In this document: positions 35,635 through 44,355 of the stretch, piece by piece | Layout: each line of letters starts with the position of its first letter | Position numbering within the stretch: the first letter of the stretch is position 1 | Source of the DNA: a virus | Lineage: Duplodnaviria; Caudoviricetes | DNA length: 52,254 nucleotides | Virus record (IMG/VR): IMGVR_UViG_3300024344_000020 | Coordinates: 1-52,254 of that record | Strand: one strand, 5' to 3' | Notes under the pieces: generated by a model | The model's database searches: none | What the model was told of the DNA's origin: nothing | The model's input: the letters and a program-made list of their open reading frames with translations, nothing else | Program-made: the position numbers and the translations under genes

Positions 35635-36138
35635 TTATTTATTTTGAGATAGTAAAAAGGCTTTAATAACTTTATCCGATAATTTCGCTAATTCTTTGTT
35701 ATATGCCTTGCGATTTTCACTTATAACAGTCTTATTTTTATCATTTTGATATTTTCGGATAGTTTTATAAGTGGTGGTTTTATCAATAACTTGATTATCT
35801 TTTAAATATGATTTAACCGCACTTATAACAGTTTTAAACGTTCCCGTTAATGGTTTTGCGGTTGATTGATTTTTAATGCCTTTCTTTCTAAGATAGATAT
35901 TATTTGTTTGATAGTCTGATACTTGCTTATTTTCAAAACTTGCAAAATCCAAATCCTTATACATTTTTACAATATCGTCGCAAATGGTTGTTTTTGTGAT
36001 GTTTAATTTAAACAATTCTTTGTCCGTTTTATTGGATAGGTTTAATAAGTTTTCAAATTGTGATATCTTTTTATTTTTAACGTTTGTGGGTGTAGTGTTG
36101 TTCGCTGTTTGTGTATTTTTTTGTTTTGTAGTAGTCAT
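35635..36138 (-). CDS. First early gene, Lys/Asn/Thr-rich basic hypothetical protein
   Basis: 167 aa, AGGA RBS, flanked by an upstream promoter and a downstream terminator. Confidence 0.65.
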   Translation of the reverse strand: MTTTKQKNTQTANNTTPTNVKNKKISQFENLLNLSNKTDKELFKLNITKTTICDDIVKMYKDLDFASFENKQVSDYQTNNIYLRKKGIKNQSTAKPLTGTFKTVISAVKSYLKDNQVIDKTTTYKTIRKYQNDKNKTVISENRKAYNKELAKLSDKVIKAFLLSQNK

Positions 36139-36266
36139 TTTTTTATCCTATTAAATTGTAAATAAACAGTTTATTTACGTAGTTATTAAATGTTGTATTT
36201 TTACAACATTTGTTGCGTTTTTGCAACATATACCAAAAAACACCTTTGTTTATTGATATGGTTGCC

Positions 36267-36294
36267 ACTATACACGAAAAAAAACATTTGTCAA
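36267..36294 (-). promoter_or_regulatory. Early sigma70-type promoter
   Basis: Minus strand TTGACA (36294-36289), 16-bp spacer, TATAGT (36272-36267); a related TTGACA with similar upstream sequence lies at 36393-36388. Confidence 0.6.
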
Positions 36295-36459
36295 ACTATT
36301 TTTTAACTATCACGTTATTATAATATGCTAATATAGTTGGCTCATAAAAGAATATGAACGTGCGCGCGTAGCATAGTTTTTAATCTTTGTCAAGTTATTT
36401 TTTAACTATTTGCGTATTATTATATTATTATATTGTAATAGTCTTATATAGTTGATGCA

Positions 36460-36691
36460 AATGAGAATTATTATCATTTAGATTTATATTAGAGTATCAT
36501 AATATTATTTTATGCCTATATAACGGTATTCTAATGCACTGTAAACCACTTTAGAGTATCATAATATTCTTATATAGTTAATGAGAATGATTATCGTTTA
36601 CATTATGAGTATATTATGATATTCTTATGTAATATCCTATATAAATGCGAACGATTCTCATTTGTATTCACTAATGCGAGTGATTCTCATT
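36460..36691. promoter_or_regulatory. Cluster of four Fur-box-like 19-bp sites
   Basis: AATGAGAATTATTATCATT (36460-36478), AATGAGAATGATTATCGTT (36580-36598), AATGCGAACGATTCTCATT (36644-36662), AATGCGAGTGATTCTCATT (36673-36691) versus the consensus AATGATAATnATTATCATT. Confidence 0.65.
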
Positions 36692-36852
36692 TGTATTCGC
36701 ACGGGGTACGCAGGGGACACCCCACCCCCCTAGTATAATTATAGCCTTAGTTTACATTTTACACAGAAATACCTTGTCAACCACATAGCTCTAAAAAGGC
36801 TCTGTATAGGCTTTTCGCGGAACACTAAGAATTATTTTTAAACTATTTACGT

Positions 36853-36890
36853 TTTAGGGGTTGACAAAACCTCTAAACAGGTGTATAATA
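36853..36890 (+). promoter_or_regulatory. Late promoter copy 1 (terminase operon), 38-bp exact repeat
   Basis: TTGACA (36861-36866), 17 bp, TATAAT (36884-36889); identical to 39517-39554. Confidence 0.9.
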
Positions 36891-37118
36891 TATCTTAGAG
36901 ATATCTTAAAAAGTTTAGTTAAATAATATTTATAAGAAGTTAATTATAATTAGTTATAGATAATTGTTATAGATATTGTTTAATATAATTTATTACATAA
37001 CTTACTAGGAACTCATTATGAGTTCTTATACAATATCTAAAGAACTCTTATAGTAGCTTAATTATAACTACTACTATATGCTTTGTTTAGGTTGTTAGAC
37101 AAAACAGGAAGGTGTTAG

Positions 37119-37556
37119 ATGGCTGTACCACAATCAATGTTAGATAAGAAGAGGAATTATACAGAGAAGCAACAGAGTTTCTTAGATGCTATGTATGACT
37201 CTAAGACTGGTGATGTTAGACAAGCTATGATTGTAGCAGGGTACGATGGGAAAGCTCCTTCTACATTCTTATTACAATCTTTATCAGATGAACTAATAGA
37301 GATAGCTAGTCATACGTTAGCTAAGAATGCTCCTAAGGCTGCTAACAAGATAGTAGATATTATGACTAGTGATACTCCTATACCACAAGTAACACAGAAA
37401 CTACAAGCAGCTCAGACTTTGTTAGACAGAGTAGGAGTTGTTAAAGAACAGAAGATGAACGTAGAACATAACGTATCTGGTGGTATCTTTGTTATACCTG
37501 CTAAAGAGGAACTAACTGTTGATGCTGAGGAGGTAGAGTGTGAGTCTATTAACTAA
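37119..37556 (+). CDS. Terminase small subunit (putative)
   Basis: TEKQQSFLDA...AGY N-terminal HTH pattern, AAQTLLDRVG, GGIFVIPAK; lies upstream of the large terminase. Confidence 0.75.
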   Translation: MAVPQSMLDKKRNYTEKQQSFLDAMYDSKTGDVRQAMIVAGYDGKAPSTFLLQSLSDELIEIASHTLAKNAPKAANKIVDIMTSDTPIPQVTQKLQAAQTLLDRVGVVKEQKMNVEHNVSGGIFVIPAKEELTVDAEEVECESIN

Positions 37557-37812
37557 CACAGGTGAGTTACATATTAAGATGAAAGGTTCTACTATACCTT
37601 TTGGTTATGAATCTATTGAAGAGATACCTGGTTACGTTAGACCTGTAATAACACAACTAGAAGCATTAGAGGAAGCTAAGGATTATGTTAAACAAGGGGC
37701 TTTCTCATATAGAGATGCTGCTAGTTGGTTAGAAGCTACTACAGGTCGTAGAGTATCTGCACAAGGGTTACATAAGATGATGAAGAAACACGGTGATACT
37801 ATAGATGGCTAA
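37540..37812 (+). CDS. Small DNA-binding (recombinase-like HTH) protein
   Basis: STIPFGY...SYRDAASWLEATTGRRVSAQGLHK; GAGGAGG RBS before the GTG start. Confidence 0.6.
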   Translation: MSLLTNTGELHIKMKGSTIPFGYESIEEIPGYVRPVITQLEALEEAKDYVKQGAFSYRDAASWLEATTGRRVSAQGLHKMMKKHGDTIDG

Positions 37813-39481
37813 TAAGCAAGGATTAGCAGAGAAAGATATACCTAAGATTTCTATAAAGGAATGTAAGGAACAGTTCCCTGATTTAGATATAGATACTCTT
37901 GATACTGTAAAAGGAAAGGTACGATTAAAGTTAGATGGTACTCCTAGAAAGAAGAGAGGATATAAGAAAGGTATACCACGTAAGTATTCTAAAGTTAAAG
38001 GGGCTGCTCCCCAACGTAGAATAAATAAAGTAGCGGCAGGTAAGAAGAAGTCTCAGGCAGCAACAAAGATACGTAACGCTGAGGAAGGTACTCTACGTTC
38101 TAGTATTGTTAGTGATAAAGAGATAGCTACATCAGTAGGACAAGAGGATGCTAAGGTAGCGTTTAAACCTAACCCTGGACCACAGACAGAGTTCTTAGCA
38201 GCACCAGAGAAAGATGTACTGTATGGTGGTGCAGCTGGTGGTGGTAAGTCATACGCTATGTTAGTTGACCCGTTACGTTATGCACATAGACCACAACATA
38301 GGGCTCTTATCCTTAGACGTTCTATGCCAGAACTACGAGAGCTTATTGATAAATCAAGAGAACTATATCCTAAAGCATTCAAAGGTGCTAAGTTTAAAGA
38401 AGTAGATAGAACTTGGAAGTTTCCTTCAGGAGCTACTGTACAGTTTAGTTTCCTTGAGAAGGACGCAGATGTATATAGATATCAAGGACAAGCATATAGT
38501 TGGATAGGGTTTGATGAGATAACACACCTACCTACTGAGTTTGCTTGGAACTATCTAGCGTCTAGACTTAGAACAACAGACCCAGAGATACAAACATATA
38601 TGAGATGTACAGCTAACCCTGGTGGTTCTGGTGCTCATTGGGTAAAGAAGAGATACATTGAAGCTGCTCCCGCTAATGAATCATTCATTGGTGAAGACGA
38701 TATGACACGTAAGTTCATACCTGCTTTGTTAGATGATAACCCTTATCTATCTGGTACAGACTATAAGAAGATGTTAGCATCTCTACCTCCTGTACAACGT
38801 AAACAATTACTAGAAGGTAACTGGGATATTAATGAAGGTGCTGCCTTTGTAGAGTTTGATACATCTATACACGTCATACCTCCATTTGATATACCTCCTA
38901 GTTGGAATAGACTTAAAGGTGTTGACTATGGTTATGCGGCAGAGTCAGCAGTTATATGGGCAGCTGTAGACCCTAATGACGATACTCTTATCATCTATAG
39001 AGAGTTATATCAAAAAGGATTAACAGGTGAAGACTTAGCAGAACGAATGACAGCTTATGAACAAGGTGATGCTTTCTCTATCCCTGGTGTGTTAGATACA
39101 GCAGCTTGGAACAGAACTGGTTATACTGGTCCTACTATTGGTGAGATACTTGTTAGAGCAGGACACAAGCTAAGACCAGCAGATAAAAATAGACTAGCAG
39201 GTAAGGTACAGGTACACGAAAGACTTAAACAGAATAAGACAGACGGTAGACCTAAGATGCAGATATTTAATAGCTGTCCTAATCTAGTTAGAGAACTACA
39301 GACTATACCCGTAGATAAAACAAGACCAGAGGACGTAGACACTAAAGCAGCAGACCACGCATATGACGCATTAAGATATCTTATTATGTCTAGACCACGC
39401 TCAACTACCTTTAATGAGATGTTTGAGTTTAAAAAGAACTTAGATATACCTCAAATGGCAGATACTACTTTTGGTTATTAA
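37805..39481 (+). CDS. terL: Terminase large subunit
   Basis: Walker A YGGAAGGGKS, Walker B IGFDEITH, TANPGG, nuclease GVDYGY and DHAYDALRY; basic N-terminal extension. Confidence 0.95.
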   Translation: MANKQGLAEKDIPKISIKECKEQFPDLDIDTLDTVKGKVRLKLDGTPRKKRGYKKGIPRKYSKVKGAAPQRRINKVAAGKKKSQAATKIRNAEEGTLRSSIVSDKEIATSVGQEDAKVAFKPNPGPQTEFLAAPEKDVLYGGAAGGGKSYAMLVDPLRYAHRPQHRALILRRSMPELRELIDKSRELYPKAFKGAKFKEVDRTWKFPSGATVQFSFLEKDADVYRYQGQAYSWIGFDEITHLPTEFAWNYLASRLRTTDPEIQTYMRCTANPGGSGAHWVKKRYIEAAPANESFIGEDDMTRKFIPALLDDNPYLSGTDYKKMLASLPPVQRKQLLEGNWDINEGAAFVEFDTSIHVIPPFDIPPSWNRLKGVDYGYAAESAVIWAAVDPNDDTLIIYRELYQKGLTGEDLAERMTAYEQGDAFSIPGVLDTAAWNRTGYTGPTIGEILVRAGHKLRPADKNRLAGKVQVHERLKQNKTDGRPKMQIFNSCPNLVRELQTIPVDKTRPEDVDTKAADHAYDALRYLIMSRPRSTTFNEMFEFKKNLDIPQMADTTFGY

Positions 39482-39516
39482 TCAATGACTTACAATTATT
39501 TTCAAATTAATTTGCA

Positions 39517-39554
39517 TTTAGGGGTTGACAAAACCTCTAAACAGGTGTATAATA
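39517..39554 (+). promoter_or_regulatory. Late promoter copy 2 (portal/capsid operon), 38-bp exact repeat
   Basis: TTGACA (39525-39530), 17 bp, TATAAT (39548-39553); identical to 36853-36890. Confidence 0.9.
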
Positions 39555-39586
39555 GTATATACAAGTTATAAAAATATATAATATAA

Positions 39587-41830
39587 ATGGCTAAGAAAGA
39601 AGTCCCTCTGGATATAAACGAAAACCCTACGCCATTTGTATCTGCAGATGAGCTAGTACAGCCTGTATCACCAGAAGAAGGCACTAGTGAAATCTTTATA
39701 TCTAACCTAGCTAGATTAGTAGAAGAAAGATTCGAGTCAGCTGAGAGAGGCAGACGAGATGACGAGAAGAGATGGTTAGAGGCTTACCACAATTATCGTG
39801 GTATCTATAACAAGAACATTAAGTTTAAAGAGAACGAGAAGTCTAAGGTATTCATTAAGGTTACTAAGACTAAAGTACTTGCAGCTTATGGTCAACTTAT
39901 AGATGTAGTATTCTCAGGGGCTAAGTTCCCTATTCAAATTCAAGAGACTATACTCCCAGAAGGTATTGCAGAGTATGCTCATCTAAATCCTTTACAAGAA
40001 CAGAACGGTGGTCCTATGGACACATCACCTGAACTAGAAGGTAACTTAGACTATTCACCTACAGAAGGAATCACTAATGATAATGTAGGTAACTTCGACC
40101 CTTACGATGTAGGTTATGAAGGTGATGGTAATACGTTAGCTCCTGGAGCAATCCAGACTGACACTGACAAATTCTTAGGTTCTCTTGAAGAAGAGTATCA
40201 AAATGAAGGAGGTGATACAGTAGTCTCGGAGGGTGCATCGAGAGCACCAGAACAACCACAGATTCAGCCCGCTCAGATAGCTGCTCGTAGGATGGAGAAA
40301 TTAATTCACGACCAGATTGAGGAATCTAACGGAGCAACTGAATTACGTAACGCAATCTTTGAATCGGTACTATTAGGTACTGGTATCATCAAAGGTCCAT
40401 TTAATTATAATAAGACTATACATAAGTGGACCAAGGGAGAGAGTGGTAGAGAATACACTCCTGAAGAAGTAAGAGTACCACGCTTAGAGTTTGTTAGTGC
40501 TTGGGACTTCTACCCTGACCCTAACTCAACAGATATCGAAAGTGCTGAGTGGACAGTACACAGACATAAATATAATAAGACACAACTAAGAGCGTTAATG
40601 AATCGCCCTTACTTTGATAAGACTAAGATATCAGAATGTATTAAGCAAGGATATAATTATCAGAAGCGTTCATTTGAAGATGAGATTAAGTTAGATAATA
40701 ATTCATCTACATTCACAGACACAGAAAGATTTGAAGTACTAGAGTACTGGGGCGTTATGGATGCCGAGTACGCTAGAGATGCAGGGTTAGACATTGACGA
40801 TAGTGTTGATGACCTAGAAGAGATTCAAGTTAATGCTTGGGTATGCCAAGGAAAGATACTACGCTTAGTAGGTAATCCTTTCAAACCTTCTAGACTACCA
40901 TACAATGCAGTACCGTATGAGAAGAATCCATACTCTTTCTGGGGTATTGGTGTTCCAGAGAATATGGAAGACTCACAACAGATTATGAACGGTCACGCTA
41001 GAATGGCTATTGATAACTTAGCGTTAGCTGGTTCGTTAGTCTTTGATATTGATGAAGCTGCTTTAGTAGCAGGACAATCAATGGATATCTACCCAGGTAA
41101 GATATTCAAGAGACAAGCAGGTATGCCTGGTCAATCTATCTATGGACTTAAGTTCCCTAACACTGCACCAGAGAATATGCAGATGTTTGATAGGTTTAGA
41201 CAACTAGCAGATGAGTCTACAGGTATCCCATCATACTCACACGGTAACACAGGTGTACAAGGTATGACTAGAACAGCATCGGGTATGTCGATGCTTATGG
41301 GAGCTGCCTCATTAAACATTAAAACAGTTGTCAAGAACCTTGATGACTTCTTATTAAAACCATTAGCTGTAGCATTCTATCAATGGAATATGCAGTTCTA
41401 CGAAGGAGAATTAAATGTTGTTGGAGACCTTGAAATTAAAGCTACAGGCACTAGCTCGCTTATGCAGAAGGAAGTTAGGTCACAGAGACTCACTACGTTC
41501 CTTCAGTCAGTTCAGAACCCAGCTGTCGCTCCTTTTGTTAAAGTATCTAAAATCATTCAAGAGTTGGCTTACAGCCTTGACTTTGACCCTGAAGAAATAA
41601 TCAACTCACCTGAAGAGGCGGCAATCTATGCAGAAATTATCGGACTTCAAAATCAGCAACAACCACCTGGAGCAGATGGTCAACAATCCCCTATGGGTGA
41701 AGGTGGAGGAGTACCTGGAGGTGGAGCAGCTGAAGGTGTTACAGGCAATGGCGGCGGCAACATCGGAACAGGAAATGTACCGATGCCAGGGGAAGGTGAA
41801 TTTAGTCAAGCAGCTCCTACTGCTCCGTAA
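39587..41830 (+). CDS. Portal protein
   Basis: 747 aa following TerL; WLEAYHNYRG, SKVFIKVTKTKV, LLGTGIIKGP, WDFYPDP, RTASGMSMLM motifs of marine podovirus portals. Confidence 0.9.
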   Translation: MAKKEVPLDINENPTPFVSADELVQPVSPEEGTSEIFISNLARLVEERFESAERGRRDDEKRWLEAYHNYRGIYNKNIKFKENEKSKVFIKVTKTKVLAAYGQLIDVVFSGAKFPIQIQETILPEGIAEYAHLNPLQEQNGGPMDTSPELEGNLDYSPTEGITNDNVGNFDPYDVGYEGDGNTLAPGAIQTDTDKFLGSLEEEYQNEGGDTVVSEGASRAPEQPQIQPAQIAARRMEKLIHDQIEESNGATELRNAIFESVLLGTGIIKGPFNYNKTIHKWTKGESGREYTPEEVRVPRLEFVSAWDFYPDPNSTDIESAEWTVHRHKYNKTQLRALMNRPYFDKTKISECIKQGYNYQKRSFEDEIKLDNNSSTFTDTERFEVLEYWGVMDAEYARDAGLDIDDSVDDLEEIQVNAWVCQGKILRLVGNPFKPSRLPYNAVPYEKNPYSFWGIGVPENMEDSQQIMNGHARMAIDNLALAGSLVFDIDEAALVAGQSMDIYPGKIFKRQAGMPGQSIYGLKFPNTAPENMQMFDRFRQLADESTGIPSYSHGNTGVQGMTRTASGMSMLMGAASLNIKTVVKNLDDFLLKPLAVAFYQWNMQFYEGELNVVGDLEIKATGTSSLMQKEVRSQRLTTFLQSVQNPAVAPFVKVSKIIQELAYSLDFDPEEIINSPEEAAIYAEIIGLQNQQQPPGADGQQSPMGEGGGVPGGGAAEGVTGNGGGNIGTGNVPMPGEGEFSQAAPTAP

Positions 41831-41846
41831 TAACGTAGTTAGCTAA
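41628..41846 (+). CDS. Small head-associated protein overprinted on the portal 3' end (+1 frame)
   Basis: ...MVNNPLWVKVEEYLEVEQLKVLQAMAAATSEQEMYRCQGKVNLVKQLLLLRNNV; its stop overlaps the next start (TAATG at 41844-41848); alternative start at 41676. Confidence 0.65.
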   Translation: MQKLSDFKISNNHLEQMVNNPLWVKVEEYLEVEQLKVLQAMAAATSEQEMYRCQGKVNLVKQLLLLRNNVVS

Positions 41847-43153
41847 TGGCATTACTGGAACACGAAGGTGAAATCCCAGAAGAGTATCTCACAGGTTTCG
41901 AGAGAGAGATGCAAGAAACTACTGATGGTAAGGTAACAAAGAGCTGGAAAGAATACGCTAAGGGTTACGTACCAAGAGATACTAAAGAAGTAAAGTTTGA
42001 CGAAGTAACGAATAAGACAGCTTGGTTTAAAGATAAGGATGAACTGGGAAAACAAACTCTTTCAGGTTCTTGGCAAACAGAATCAGGAAAACTGGGAAGA
42101 CAGAGGGAACAAGTAGACAGAGCTTCTCAATTAATGAGAGCTTGTAAGATGGGAGATACAAGTGCTTGTGACTTAATCCAAGCAAGTACCCCAGGATTTT
42201 CGTCTGATAAATTTAAAGCTTCACAAAAGAGAGGGATGATGAGCCCATACCAAAGAAAAGGATTTGCACAGGGTGGTATGTTAGACCAAACAGCTAAGCT
42301 GTGGAAGATGGAATCAACTTACCCAGAATTTCAAAAAGGCATCGCTTCACGCGTAACCAAAGATAGAGTGCCTACAACACCAATAGAGGAAGAATATATG
42401 TATAGTCCAACACAAGGCGGATACCCACAAGGATACGCAGAAGGTGGTTCAGTTTATGACACAGAAGGTTCTATGTTAGCACCTGAAGTACCGTTAGATT
42501 TTGAAGAAGAAATGCCTATGATGGAAGAGGAGTCTGAACTAGGATTATCTCCTGAAGAGACTGAGGTGTTAGCTCAAGCAATGTCTGATTATCCAGAACT
42601 AGAGGGTATCTTAAATAAAGTAGATAGTACACTTAATGATTCATTCACAGGGGATGGTTCTGTAGAAGGACCAGGTACAGAAACAAGTGACTCTATTAAT
42701 GCTAAGCTATCAGACGGTGAGTTCGTATTCACAGCTAAAGCAGTTAAACAATTAGGTGTAGATAAGCTACGTAAGATGATGGACAAAGCTGAAACAGATT
42801 ATGATGAAGCAGGTAATAAACAAGCCTTTGCTCAGATGGGTGACGCTGGTTTTGCATCGGGTGGTTTCTTCACACGTCCTGGTTATGAACACGGTGGTGA
42901 ACATACAGAGAAACCTCAATCAACTAAAGAAGATGTCACCTGGTACGAAGCATTAGGTTCAAAGCTTAAGGAGGCATCAAGGCGTTGGACCGAAGGTATG
43001 TCACACGGGTCGCGCGGTATAGGTTATGAGCTTGGTACACGAGACCGACTTAAGGCAGAACAACGACTCAAGGCAGAACAATACCTAGACCAAGAGGAAC
43101 AAAACCAACCCAGCGCAGAAGATATTAGAGAAGGTATGAGCCTATTCAAATAA
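41846..43153 (+). CDS. Head-module protein with [FY]xxGG repeats and a GPGTETSDSI...LSDGEFV domain
   Basis: 435 aa between portal and scaffold; four motif copies; conserved-looking domain at about 42644-42790. Confidence 0.65.
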   Translation: MALLEHEGEIPEEYLTGFEREMQETTDGKVTKSWKEYAKGYVPRDTKEVKFDEVTNKTAWFKDKDELGKQTLSGSWQTESGKLGRQREQVDRASQLMRACKMGDTSACDLIQASTPGFSSDKFKASQKRGMMSPYQRKGFAQGGMLDQTAKLWKMESTYPEFQKGIASRVTKDRVPTTPIEEEYMYSPTQGGYPQGYAEGGSVYDTEGSMLAPEVPLDFEEEMPMMEEESELGLSPEETEVLAQAMSDYPELEGILNKVDSTLNDSFTGDGSVEGPGTETSDSINAKLSDGEFVFTAKAVKQLGVDKLRKMMDKAETDYDEAGNKQAFAQMGDAGFASGGFFTRPGYEHGGEHTEKPQSTKEDVTWYEALGSKLKEASRRWTEGMSHGSRGIGYELGTRDRLKAEQRLKAEQYLDQEEQNQPSAEDIREGMSLFK

Positions 43154-43169
43154 ATTAACTATAAACCCC

Positions 43170-43320
43170 CAGCTAAACTGACGAGACACAAGCTGACTTT
43201 GTAGTGACAACCCCAAGGCTACCCCCTACTATGTAGGAGCACCTTGGATTTTTAAATCTCGCAAGAGATGAGCAACCCCGAAAGCCACCCCATAACAATG
43301 GGCACTTAATGGAGGTCAAT
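43170..43320 (+). ncRNA. Structured 5' leader of the scaffold gene (candidate cis-regulatory RNA)
   Basis: Several stems, including two with similar GCYAC/GCAC internal loops and a GCAA tetraloop hairpin, immediately before the GGAGG RBS. Confidence 0.45.
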
Positions 43321-44286
43321 ATGACAACAGCAACAGCAACAAGAACGGAGGAAATCCAACAACCACAAGCAAACCCTTATAACGCTAATAAGAAATGGGA
43401 CAACAGTAACAAAGATGCCAAACTAGGTATTGAGTCTGCTGATGATTCCTTAGCTTACCTAGCCCCTCGTAAGGAAGCAGTAATATCTAATGGTAAGACA
43501 CCAATCTTAGAAGAAGAAAAAGTTACTACAGATACTGCAGACAAAGAGGCTACCCAGGTAGACGATACTTATAAAGAAGAACCTAATGAGAAATTCAAGA
43601 AGGTAGACTTTAAAAAACGTTATGATGATTTGAAGAAACATTATGATAGAAAACTAGGAGACTGGAAATCTAAAGAGCAATCTTTAAAAGCAGAGATGCT
43701 TTCTAATCGTCCTACTTATAATGCCCCTAAAACCCCAGAAGAACTGGCTACTTTTAGAGAGGACTATCCTGATGTTTATGATGTAGTAGAAACAGTAGCA
43801 CATATGAGAGCTGAAGAGCAACTGTCTGATTTACAGGCACAAGTTAAACAGCTATCAGAGAAAGAGTACGTAGCAAATCGTAGAGCGGCAGAGCAAGAGC
43901 TCCTAAACCTACACCCTGACTTCACCCAGATTAGAGAATCTGAAGAGTTCCACGACTGGGCACGAGTTCAACCTGAAGCAATTCAGTCTTGGATTTATGA
44001 GAATGATGGAGATGCTACGTTAGCTTCTAGAGCTATTGACCTATACAAACAGGATGTTGGAGTCTCCACGAAGGCTGAGGCTGTGTCGAAAAAAACTAGT
44101 CCAGAAAAAGATACGAGAGGTTCGGCTGCAGATGCAGTATCAGTTAAAACGAAAGTTGACACTAATGCACCTCAAGAGAAAGTTTGGACAACCTCAGAAA
44201 TCGCTAACCTTTCTGTTGACCAGTATGAACAGTATCAGTCTGAGATTGATGCAGCTTTTCAAACTGGGAGAATTAAAGAAGGTTAG
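43321..44286 (+). CDS. Capsid scaffolding protein
   Basis: Acidic N-terminus, FKKRYDDLKKHY coiled coil, HPDF, C-terminal EIDAAFQTGRI; directly upstream of the capsid gene; GGAGG RBS before ATG 43321. Confidence 0.8.
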   Translation: MTTATATRTEEIQQPQANPYNANKKWDNSNKDAKLGIESADDSLAYLAPRKEAVISNGKTPILEEEKVTTDTADKEATQVDDTYKEEPNEKFKKVDFKKRYDDLKKHYDRKLGDWKSKEQSLKAEMLSNRPTYNAPKTPEELATFREDYPDVYDVVETVAHMRAEEQLSDLQAQVKQLSEKEYVANRRAAEQELLNLHPDFTQIRESEEFHDWARVQPEAIQSWIYENDGDATLASRAIDLYKQDVGVSTKAEAVSKKTSPEKDTRGSAADAVSVKTKVDTNAPQEKVWTTSEIANLSVDQYEQYQSEIDAAFQTGRIKEG

Positions 44287-44355
44287 TATTATTAAGTAAT
44301 GATAGATTGCACCCTTATTAAATAGGTTGCTTGATATCTAAATAGGAGAAATATT

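Noticed and set aside
36440-36700. Possible CRISPR mini-array in the repeated control region
   Set aside because: The repeats are degenerate and irregularly spaced, without unique spacers of constant length; no cas operon is present.
43178-43310. Second hammerhead suggested by CTGACGA (43178-43184) and GAAA (43280-43283)
   Set aside because: Stems I and II cannot be formed around the core; the region is better explained as a multi-hairpin leader.
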